This document shows, in pieces, positions 13,024 through 23,340 of a stretch of DNA of 44,835 bases (the first letter of the stretch is position 1; each line of letters starts with the position of its first letter). Under the pieces are notes generated by a model that was given only the letters and a program-made list of their open reading frames with translations, made no database searches and was not told the DNA's origin. The DNA is from Octopus bimaculoides (Eukaryota), in NCBI RefSeq assembly GCF_001194135.2, contig NC_068982.1:157030424-157075258 (forward strand), read 5' to 3'. Made by a program: the position numbers and the translations under genes.

Positions 13024-13485
13024 GTGAGATGTGTGTGTATAATGTGTGTATGAGTGTGCGTGTGAGTGCGTACGTGCGAAATATTGATATCGGACATTTT
13101 TTTTTCGTCACTTAAAAATAACTTCTGAAGAAGACTGTTTGCCTGGAGCAATTAGTAGATATTGTGGGCAATGCTTTTAAGCGTTATGAAATATGTAAGA
13201 GCCAGATATAAGTGTATAGATACATACTGAATTTGATATGTATATGTGTGTATATACACGTATGTATATATATATACGACTGTGTGTTATGTATATAGAT
13301 GCAAATATGTATATATGCATGTNNNNNNNNNNNNNNNNNNNNNNNNNNNNNNNNNNNNNNNNNNNNNNNNNNNNNNNNNNNNNNNNNNNNNNNNNNNNNN
13401 NNNNNNNNNNNNNNNNNNNNNNNNNNNNNNNNNNNNNNNNNNNNNNNNNNNNNNNNNNNNNNNNNNNNNNNNNNNNNNNNNNNNN

Positions 13486-13524
<39 letters not shown>

Positions 13525-15149
13525 TCGCATATGTACATATATATTTATATACATTTGTCTGATATATAGATATAGATAATGTACAACATCAAAAAATTTT
13601 TAATCTATATATGTATATGTGCACACTCGCATGTATGCACACGCTCTCACACATTCGCACATACACACACACATACACACATATATGTATATGTATATAT
13701 ATATACGACTGTGTGTTATGTATATAGATGCAAATATGTATATATGCATGTATGTATGTTTTTGTACGTTCGTATACAGCGATTCATGAACGTACACACG
13801 CACTGACACATGCACAAACACCGACATAGATATATGTAAGTGTGTATACATTATGTATGTATGTATGTATGTATGTATGTATATATATAAGTATACATGT
13901 GTTCATGCGTGTATAAGCATATAGATTCATTGAAAACGTAGAGATAGAATTTCAGTCGATTAAGAATTAAGAAAATGTTTAAGTCATCTGTGCTATGAAT
14001 GGTTAGCAATTGAAAATGAAGCGAAACAAGAAATAGCAGAAACAAAAAATAGCAACAACAACATAGAAAAACATGAAAAAACAATTGCAGTAGATGCGAA
14101 GTTAAAGAAAAAAACGTGAATGCTGAATATCTCTGCTCTGTTGAGTAATTTAAAATATATCTTTCTTTTTCTTACTTGAAAATATGTGACAAATTTGAAA
14201 TGATGATAATGGAATGTTGAAAAGACTTTGTGGATTTTTGCTGGATCTTATTTCTTAAGTAATTTAATCAGTTGTATTCAGTTATGAAAAACTAAGGTAA
14301 CCTAAAATGAGGTTAAACTATATGAAACCACTTAATGAAATATCTAGTCTTCCTACTTATCTGCTATTATTGTACAATCGTTTAACTGGGAAGATAGAGT
14401 GTAGGAAAAATGGTTGATTGTTGACACAATTATATTTTTTATGCGTCAATATTTCTTTCGTTCACACCATATGGTAATGAATTAAGCCGAAAAAAAGTAC
14501 AAGTGGTAACTTATATGTGTTTATACTCCAGATATTAAAAGGGATCCCTATACTCATATCCATATTGCAAGAAAAATCTTGAGACATCTGTGCATATGGA
14601 AATGTAAATTTGTATATATTGCATACTCAAGGAGAAAAAATCTATATACAACTCAAATCTATATGCAACAATACTCAATAAATTAGGGACATGGGCATGC
14701 GTATACTGATGGGAAATCCTTTTAGCATCTCTATACTCAATCGAAAAATCTATGCGTATGTCTATACTGAATTTAACATTTAAGATTTCCACAGTAATAA
14801 ATAATAAAATGAAATACAACCTCTCTATCGACACAAAAACTTAAAATCGGCTTTATACTGAACAGTATATCTACGTACACTTACGTATTTTTGATAAATA
14901 TTACGTACACTTCTATGTTGAAAGCGAAAATCTCAATATTGAACGAGGAACTAATCGCATTATTAAAAATGATGCCACAGCATATTTCTCTATTGAAGGG
15001 AGAAGCTAATATACACCGTATCTATATACAACCACGATAACATTAAGATGGCCAGAAAGATGTTAACAGAAATAGCTAAATTTCACTGAAGTCATCATAT
15101 AGTTTAAAATGCAAAGATGCATTAGTGACTCTTGTTTCTAAGACATAAA

Positions 15150-15320
15150 GAAGCTCACGCGGTGTTCAGCGGCATTTAGACCGTCCTTGCGCTCTGAATT
15201 CAAATTCTGCCGAGTTCGACTTTACCTTTCATACTTCAGGATCGATAAAATGAGTAGCAGTTGATCAGTGGGATTGATGTAATCCCGATCTTTCTCGCCT
15301 TGTGGAAAATTTGAAACCAA
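15150..15320 (+). mobile_element. SINE family B, diverged copy
   Basis: CTGAATTCAAATTCTGCCGAGTTCGACTTTACCTTTCATACTTCAGGATCGATAAAATGAGTAGCAG matches the family B core. Confidence 0.78.
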
Positions 15321-16046
15321 TATATTAAGAAGCTGCAGTGGTGAAAGCTATAAATCTTCCTCCGTCTTAGGCTTGCTTTATATTGAGGCTCAACTGGAGA
15401 AATACTACAATAACTAAAACAAACTATGTATGTCACAATGCCCCCAAAATAATAATAATACTCTCTCCATAAACGTACGTGTGTCTGCGTTTGGTGCATG
15501 AGTACACCCCCCCCCCACATTAACGTATATGCAGTTATATGTGTATGTATATAAATATTTAAGTTTATGTATTTGTTTTGCAAGGTCTCTGATGGGAAAT
15601 CGTGTGTTGAAACATAGATTGTTACATTTGGGGATGGACTAAATAGAACAAGAGAAGACATGTGAATGGAGAGTCGCTGAAGGCGTCACAGGATGTGAAA
15701 CGGTTTAACGTTCTAGTTTTAGAAATTCGAGCAACCGCATAGAGACTGTATTATCCGCTGTTAGATTGAAAATATTATAGTGACTCATTACACAGGTGTA
15801 AACTCAAGACTTGTTTCTAAAAAAAGAATAGTTAACCTTGGTAAGATTCAAACTTAGAATATAAAGATATGTAACTAAATACTACAGCTAAAACCTTACA
15901 CCGCTCTGTTGAGACACGCATTTTATATACTGCATTGATCTTATTGTAAATAAAAGAACAGAATATTCCCGTGGAAATCAGATAATCATATTGGCCTTTG
16001 TATTAGACAGCTACTAAAGGCAACGAACTGACAAAATTGTTACTGC

Positions 16047-16198
16047 GCCGGAAAAAATGCTTAGCAACATTTCTTCCGACTTTGCAGAGGTCGACTTGGC
16101 CTTTCATACTTTCGAGGTAGATAAAATAAGTGCAGTTGAGGTAATCGTCTTAACCCCACCCACAAAATTGCTGGACTTGTGCCAAAATTTGGAAGTAT
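16047..16198 (+). mobile_element. SINE family B, internally deleted copy
   Basis: AAATGCTTAGC...GAGGTCGACTTGGCCTTTCATACTTTCGAGGTAGATAAAATAAGTG...AAATTGCTGGACTTGTGCCAAAATTTG. Confidence 0.8.
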
Positions 16199-16509
16199 TA
16201 GATAGGTACTAATTTTCATCTCCGTAAAGCACTGTCGATCTGGATGAATTTCGAAATTTAAGAATTAAGAGATTACTTCTAAATATTGCCTTGCATTTTT
16301 CTCTTCTCTAACTACATTGTTTCACCTTAAGTTGAGAGAAGTTGTTATTTCCTAAACTACTTACAAGGCCTTAGATGTAATAAGTTGAAGGAATTAATCG
16401 ATCATATCGACCCTTCTATTTTACTGGTGCTTTGATAACTACATACTGTAAATTATTTTGTTGAACACAGAAACGGTTCAGCCAAAACTGAAACAATATA
16501 TTTGTGTCA

Positions 16510-16693
16510 AAATTTGTCACAAGGCCAGCAATTTCGGAAGTTTATGTTGAACCCCCTTCACCCACCCAGTGCTCAACTGGTACTTATTTTATCGTCTCTG
16601 AAACGACACAAGGCAAAGTCGACCTCCGCGATATTTGAACTCAGAATATAAAGACGGACGAAATACTGCTAAGCATTTTGTCAGAAGTGCTAA
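16510..16693 (-). mobile_element. SINE family B copy
   Basis: Plus strand CAGTGCTCAACTGGTACTTATTTTATCG...AGGCAAAGTCGACCTCCGCGATATTTGAACTCAGAA...AAGCATTT is the reverse complement of the family B core. Confidence 0.85.
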
Positions 16694-17539
16694 ATTGAAA
16701 CAATTTATTAAGAACTGATTAACATTTCAAGCTTACAGTTTTGCTAATCGATGTTTTCAATTCGATTGTTAGCTGTTTAATCATTTTAAACATTAATACA
16801 ATTTTCCCTTAGGTCTCAACATGTCTCATTTCATTATCTATTTACTGCTGTCTTTTTTAGTCCCTTGTGATAAATACAAGAAAACCTTAATTAAACAGTC
16901 TATCCATCAATCACATAGGACTTTCTGTTCCCCAAACAACTGTAGCATTTCTTCGTGTTTTGTTGATTTTATTCAAGACACATCATTTTTACCTTATAAT
17001 TACTGTATTTCTAAAGATAGCTCTCTTGCACCCCTTTTCGTTTCAAGCGTTCGCTCTCTTAACCACCCTTTCACCCGCTTCTCTCTCTCACTCTTTCTCG
17101 TTCCCTCCCTGTCTTCTCCCTCTCTCACGCTTATCAGCTCTGATTTAACAACAACGCTTCTGCTCTCTCCTTCTTTTCTTGTTCTCGGAAGGTGTTACAA
17201 TTCTTCTGCATTTGTTAACGCCAAAACAAAGTTTTCCAACAACATCACTGTGCATCTACATCCTTTTCTCGTATATTTTCTTCTGTCATTACTATCTGAC
17301 ACGTCAGTTTCTCAAGCTATTAAACTTTTATCTATCTCGATTCTAACAAGAAGAAACCGTTTAATACTGTTGAGCTTCTTATCAGACGCATCAATAACAT
17401 TTCAAGACTTCAAACTTTAACGATTATATGATGTGAATGTCAAACTCCAAGCTCATTATATTATAAAAACTTCCACATAGCAGAGATACTGTACGAGATA
17501 ACTACCTGTTGTTATTATTTTAGTACAAATTTCAAAACT

Positions 17540-17655
17540 TTAGTGAGGTTAAATTTGCCTTTCAACCTTTTGGGGTCGATCGAATAAGTCTCAGTCAAGC
17601 ATTGAAATTGATGTAATCCAGTTTCACTTTCCCACAAATATCTGGCTTAGTTCAG
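17540..17655 (+). mobile_element. SINE family B fragment
   Basis: GAGGTTAAATTTGCCTTTCAACCTTTTGGGGTCGAT...GATGTAATC. Confidence 0.65.
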
Positions 17656-17995
17656 GGTAAAAGAATAGTCATTTAACAAGAGACCAATCCAAATCGTGCA
17701 GAACTGCATGCAAACGTTTTTTCAGCAGGAATCATCCTAATATTTCAGTGGTATCTAGGATTATAATATTTATTCTCCTTTTATGTTGTTTGGCTACGAT
17801 TTGAGGGAAATTTAGCAGTTGTCTCTTACACGTCAAATGATCACGCAGAGATTCCCTCGTTGGCTCGAAGATATGTAGTATATATAATTTATTGCACTGT
17901 ACCGTAGCGAAGGCTGTGAATTGGCAATTCCCTGCTGTTGAGTTCAAATCTCGCGGAAGTCAATTTTGCTGTCCATCCTTTCGTGTTTAGTGCTA

Positions 17996-18733
17996 GGATT
18001 TTTTTCTGTTTGGATGCACCTGTGAAAATTTTAAAGTTTAGTGAAAATTTTAGAATTTGGTGTATTGATGTAATTTTCCATGCTGAAGCTCAGTAAATAA
18101 TTCACTTTTTCCAGAAAATTGTTTTCGAAAAGTTATGTGTTTAAAGTTTGGTCATTTTTACCCAATCAGAAAACAAGATTTGGAAGCTGTCATTTTGTAC
18201 GTGACAGCAATTGCTGTCAACTGTAAACATACGAAATACTAGTGGAATTCAGCTTTACGCACGCCATATGACTCCGTCATAACTTTTTCATTCTTTGGAA
18301 CTGTCAGAAAATTTTTGCGAATTTGTGTTCTACACAACGGAATTCATATGCAACCTCCAACTCGCAAGAACAATATGCAAACCTCGTGCGTGAATTAAGG
18401 CCTATTTAGCTGTTATTTTAGCACATCTCAAGTTTACCTCATACCACATTTAATAAGTATTTAATAAGCAACAAAAAGAACACTTGGTAAGCAGCTTGGT
18501 AGCGTCTTGGATTGTGACTATGGAAACTGTGACCTAGGTACCTGTGGCTTTCGATTGGCTAAAATTACCCAAAATTTTAAACTTTAATAACTATTAACTT
18601 TTTATTTATTTATGGCGAAAATGAATTTCATGCCAATGATTACTTTACAAAACTACACCAATATGCCAAATATGAAATCATTCCGAACAAAAATTGAAGA
18701 AATTGAAAAATAGCAACCAAACAGAAAAGATCC
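17996..18733. mobile_element. Non-autonomous DNA-transposon-like element with long imperfect inverted termini (superfamily not determined)
   Basis: GGATTTTTTTCTGTTTGGATGC (17996-18017) is inverted to GCAACCAAACAGAAAAGATCC (18713-18733). Patchy inverted similarity continues inward, e.g. AAAAGTTATGTGTTTAAAGTTT and CCAATCAGAAA versus TTTCGATTGG and AAACTTTAATAACTATTAACTTTT. Confidence 0.6.
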
Positions 18734-18997
18734 GGGTGATATCATCTCTGTCCGTCTGTCGGTCTGTTTGTTTGTCTCTGTCTCTGTCTCTCTTTCTATA
18801 TTTCCCTCTTCCCCCTACCTTTCTGAAAGAAATCAAATGTGATCGGACCGCTGGGTTTTAAAATGCCAACTACATAACATACGCCACGATTTACCCCGGC
18901 CACACAACGATATGATCTGTGCTAAAAGCACAAGAAGGCAAGGCGCTCGCTATATTTGATCGCAAAAAACACGAAAATATTATTCCATGACTCTTAG

Positions 18998-19101
18998 GTA
19001 CTATACCACATAGTACTATACCACATAGTACTATACCACATAGTACTATACCACATAGTACTATACCACATAGTACTATACCACATAGTACTATACCACA
19101 T
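18998..19101. repeat. 15-bp minisatellite (GTACTATACCACATA) x ~7
   Basis: Perfect head-to-tail units with no spacers. Confidence 0.95.
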
Positions 19102-19487
19102 CCTGAAATCGATAATTCTATATAAAACGTGCCATCATCTAAGGAATATAATGAATCACTCCGACATGTAGTAATTAATCGTAAGAGCTGAAGCGTTGCT
19201 ACCTAAATGTATACTCCTTAGAACGCCGTCGCTAGAAATAGCAACTAAATATCCCTCAAACATTACCCTAATAATCAGAAGATGTTCTTCTGAAGTCATT
19301 TTACCGGTAGAGAGTAACAAAATTTCCTAATGCTTCACAGTAATATTGCCAAAAGTATACTCGCACAATTATTCTCTCAAAAATGAAAACATACATATAC
19401 ATTAATAAAGCAAGTGCAAGGACGCGACACATGAAAATAAGTTCATGCTACACACACACACACTCATAAGTATGTACATGTATATAT

Positions 19488-19710
19488 ATTTCTTTATTGC
19501 CCACAGGGAGCTAAACATAGAGGGGACAAATAAAAGGGATGAAGTCGATTACATCGACCTCAGTGCGTAACTGGTACTTATTTAACCCACCCCGAAAGGA
19601 TGAAAGGCAAAGTCGACCTCTGTGGAATTTGAACTCAGAACGTAACGGCAGACGAAATACCTCTAAGCATTTCGCTGGGCGTGCTAACGATTCTGCCAGC
19701 TCGCGGCCTT
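19488..19710 (-). mobile_element. Full-length SINE family B
   Basis: Minus strand GGCCGCGAGCTGGCAGAATCGTTAGCACGCCCAGCGAAATGCTTAG...GTTCTGAGTTCAAATTCC...GCCTTTCATCCTTTCGGGGTG...GTACCAGTTACGCACTG...GGGCAATAAAGAAAT. Confidence 0.92.
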
Positions 19711-19879
19711 TAAGTATGTATGTATGTATGTATGTATGTATGTATGTATGTATGTATGTATGTATGTATGTATGTATGTGTTTCCATTTGTTGTGTGTGC
19801 ATGCGTCACTACATCGAATAGGTTGTTATATACAGCTGGTCACAATGCGTATCGCTCCTCCCCAATGTTGTAGCTTTCG

Positions 19880-19995
19880 AATGATGCCACTCTGCCGGAC
19901 AGGCGATCAGAAGGCTAGCCCGTACCACGGTTATCCTTTTACAGCTGAGTGGTGTGGTACAAAGTGTAATATATTGCTTTACTCAAGAACACAAC
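19880..19995 (-). mobile_element. SINE fragment with V-like central domain
   Basis: Minus strand GCGTTGTGTTCTTGAGTAAAGCA...CACTCAGCTGTAAAAGG resembles the family V core at 9679-10013. Confidence 0.55.
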
Positions 19996-20078
19996 GCAGC
20001 GACAGTCAGTGAATGTATGTATGTGCAACTCTCTTATCACTAAGATATGCACCTTCACCTGACTCTACATACATGCAT

Positions 20079-20111
<33 letters not shown>

Positions 20112-20122
20112 TATATAGTATG

Positions 20123-20159
<37 letters not shown>

Positions 20160-20712
20160 GTGAGAGAGCAGTGCATGCCATCAAAGTGCCACTGGGCTAA
20201 AATATACAAAGCCCATTATACCCATCATGACTACCCGTCTGATAAGAGTACACCAGGCACATGCATCACAACCATATGTGCACGACATGCTGATCTCATA
20301 TGAAGATAAACAGCGCATGACCTCGCAGGTCGGGCCCAGTTTGAATTTTCTGCAGTTCGGGTAGCCCATCCCACTCAAAAGGCCCCTGAATAAGGTTTGT
20401 TTAAGGATGTTGAGCAAAACAGCCATGTTTCCAAAGGTGAATTATTCAAACCCCAAACATTCCTCTCAACACATGACTATGATGCTCCCCCGCTACTTCT
20501 GCTCATGATCAGAGATGCACATTTTCGTCAGCCACCAAGGGACATGCTCAACTGATTAAGGTCAGACAACTGACAAGCAAATCTGTGGTATTGAGCAGAA
20601 TATTTGCTGTAGCTTATCCTTTTGTACCAAGACAAAATAATGTACATGATAACACTTCCAATCAATTAAGATCAGAAGCCATGAGAGCCACTGTATGGTA
20701 CTGCACCGGGGT
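20160..20712 (-). mobile_element. ~550-bp non-coding interspersed element inserted in a (TAA)n microsatellite (probable retroposon)
   Basis: Complex sequence with sharp edges against (TAT)n at 20126-20159 and 20713-20750. The minus-strand end GCATGCACTGCTCTCTCA runs into (ATA)n like a retroposon tail. Orientation is inferred. Confidence 0.6.
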
Positions 20713-20717
20713 ATTTA

Positions 20718-20745
<28 letters not shown>

Positions 20746-20751
<6 letters not shown>

Positions 20752-21083
20752 ATCCGCCTTGGCGAAGGCGGGGATAATGTTTTCAGTCGTGTTTGTTTGT
20801 TTGTCCGTGGACAGGATATCTCAAGAACTCAAGAACCGCTTGATAGGTTCGAATGGAACTTTCAGGGATGTTTAGCCTTGTGACTGGCACGAACTGGATA
20901 GATTTTGCGATTGATTCACTACCGGGCAAGGATTCTGGGTTATTTGTTATATTCACTTTACTTTACATGATTACAATCTTTCGTTGACTTTCAATTGTTT
21001 CTCAATTATCTCCCTTTAGGCTGTTTCCAAAGTTTTATTTTCGTTTCTCTTTTATTAATTTTACTCGGCTCTCTATCTTAGTT
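20746..21083 (+). mobile_element. Helentron/DINE-1-like non-autonomous element (3' end uncertain)
   Basis: Starts at a TT-rich site with TTACAT-CCGCCTT-GGCG-AAGGCGG (7-bp subterminal hairpin, 20754-20771), then (GTTT)n and CAGGATATCTCAAGAACC...GAACTTTCAGGG. This is the typical HINE/DINE-1 layout. Confidence 0.65.
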
Positions 21084-21515
21084 GAAACTGATAGATAAAG
21101 AAATCAAACTGCATAAACAAACGGCAGCAAATGAAATAATACTAACATATTTTTATAATATATATATATATATATATCATATATTATACGCACATATAAA
21201 CACTTTGTAGTATACTTACATATATATTATATAAATCTATACATCGATCTAAAACAATAGATATACTAAAGAAAGGCCGGAATTTAAGAGAAGAGAAAGC
21301 CAAAATGCTTCATGCTATTCATTTAAAAATACCTGAGTAGAAATCATTATTATTATCTCCGCTTTTGAAACTATTTTGAATGGTGAATTTGTTAACTTTG
21401 GTTTGTAAGGATGAACTATTTATTACTGTTACGAAATTTACTACAGCCACCTTCACGTTCTATGACTACCATTGGGAGCGATCAAGTACCGGACAAGGTT
21501 TCTGGATTATTTTTG

Positions 21516-21703
21516 GGATGGTAAGCCATGGATGGTAAGCCATGGATGGTAAGCCAGGTATCATTCTTAAATAATTCTCAGTTCCTTTTTTGATCATTTC
21601 AAGAGCTCTTACAATCATTGATATAACCATCTTAAGGTACCACATCTTTTCGATTTCGATTAGCAAATCTTTATATTTTTGAGCTTATCAAATTCTTTTG
21701 ACG
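21516..21703 (-). mobile_element. R4/Dong-like non-LTR retrotransposon fragment (C-terminal restriction-like endonuclease region)
   Basis: Minus strand VKEFDKLKKYKDLLIEIEKMWYLKMVISMIVRALEMIKKGTENYLRMIPGLPS matches the pattern K..KY.DL.IEI..MW......P..VGALG of RLE-bearing LINEs. It ends in a 14-bp tandem triplication. Confidence 0.8.
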
Positions 21704-21709
21704 CCCCAC

Positions 21710-22050
21710 GGGCATATGGCGTAGTGGTTAAGAGCGCAGGCTACTAACCCCAAGATTCCGAGTTCGATTCCAGGCAGTGACCTGAATAATAATAATAATG
21801 ATAATAATAATAATAATACTATTAATAATAATAATGATAATAATAATAATAATAATAACAACAACATCGAAATATATCTTAGGAATGAGAACCCAGGTTC
21901 GAAATTTCCCCAAGATACCTGATGAAGGTTGGAGGGTATATCAGCCGAAACGTTGTGTTAACAATAAACACGATGAGGACAAATATCCGTTAAATGTAAA
22001 TAATGTAAATAATATACATTATTCTTCACCTCTTAAATATAGAACTGTAC
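21710..22050 (+). mobile_element. tRNA-derived SINE with internal (AAT)n and a hammerhead-like 3' region
   Basis: A-box TGGCGTAGTGG (21717-21727), B-box GTTCGATTCC (21761-21770), (AAT)n at 21786-21857, unique tail ending in AATGTAAAT repeats. Confidence 0.85.
21914..21959 (+). ncRNA. Putative minimal type-I hammerhead ribozyme
   Basis: Stem I GATAC/GTGTT; core CTGATGA (21919-21925) plus an extra A; stem II GGTTG/CAGCC; GAAA (21947-21950); palindromic ACGT in place of stem III; putative GUU cleavage site after 21954. Confidence 0.6.
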
Positions 22051-22052
22051 TA

Positions 22053-22054
<2 letters not shown>

Positions 22055-22091
<37 letters not shown>

Positions 22092-22132
22092 CACTACTAG
22101 TACTGATGATGATGATGATGATGCTGATGATG

Positions 22133-22167
<35 letters not shown>

Positions 22168-22194
22168 TATTATTATTATTATTATTATTATTAT
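22055..22194. repeat. Compound (TAC)n-(GAT)n-(AAT)n-(TTA)n microsatellite
   Basis: Direct reading. Confidence 0.95.
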
Positions 22195-23289
22195 GGGGGG
22201 GTCAAAGTATGGCCTGGATCGATTGCCGAAAGGCTTTTGATAGTATTCCCCACACATAGATCCTAGAAACACTAGCCATTAACAAGGTAGCACCAATAAT
22301 CATAAAATATAGAAAACATTCCATGAATAAATGGCAACAGTGCTACTGCTCTAAACAAAAGAGGGACTCATAAAAACCAAAGTAAATTGAAGTTAGGACT
22401 ACCAAGTGAAATTGATTAATAGTTTATATAGTTTTTTTTATTTAAGTATTTCAGAGAAGTCAATACTCGATAGACACTATAGGTATTATATGTTGCATTA
22501 ATTATCTAAAAACAGATAAATTTAAAAGAATGAAACTTACGAAATTTATACAAACTCGTATAAAGATGTATTTAAAGGGGATCGCTTACGTGATTGTCGT
22601 AACTTCCAATTTACTTAAAAACATAGTAGGTATGATAGATGACGGTAACTAACATTTTAAATATGAATTTGAAATAAATATATATCTCCTTATTTGGTAT
22701 TTCTGAATGTACAAACACATACATCTTAACGGGTGTTTTGTTTAGGGAGTGTTTTATGTAGATATTTATTGGATTTCATATTGAGGAAATCAAAACTTAA
22801 GTATCGGATAATTAAACAGCCAAGTCCTTTAATGTTCTAGTACTGATTCAAATTATCGTGAGTGGAAGAATGAATACACATATACCTATATAATAAAGAT
22901 AATTTTAAAAAATCAATGAATATACAAATACCTATATAATAAAGATAATTAGAAAAATTCAATGTATATTTTAAACGTCTTTTTGTTTATTTTCCTTTAA
23001 ATCTCACATACTGATGAGTACACATTCGATATTTTTGATGTTCATTTTATGGAATCTTGGTCTTTTTAGTCAGAAACAATTGTCAAGGATTATGAAATAA
23101 AAGGATAACCCATTTTAACATCCAATCTGCTTCATTCCATTTATCTAAGGAAACCTATTGAACTTTGTTTAATAAACTAAGTCTTATATTGATTATTTGT
23201 TTTCATACATTCATACCTATACAATTTAAAAACTCCTAAGTAACGTATGAAAAGGCATTAGAAGTCTGTGGAAAAAAATCCTATTAAAG

Positions 23290-23333
<44 letters not shown>

Positions 23334-23340
23334 ACTTTAG

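Noticed and set aside
13261-13751. 62-bp block ending at a gap (13261-13322) repeated at ~13690-13751
   Set aside because: An identical copy on either side of an N-gap is most simply an unmerged overlap or allelic redundancy in the assembly. The same pattern occurs at 29863-29982 / ~30536-30655.
16821-17420. 199-aa ORF
   Set aside because: Low-complexity L/S/F composition from a pyrimidine-rich repeat relic; no recognisable domain.
18998-19101. Possible CRISPR-like array
   Set aside because: Head-to-tail units without spacers, eukaryotic context, no cas genes.
21710-21780. SINE heads (here and at 2841, 10013, 28201) as functional tRNA genes
   Set aside because: They have A/B boxes but no complete cloverleaf and continue into repeat bodies.
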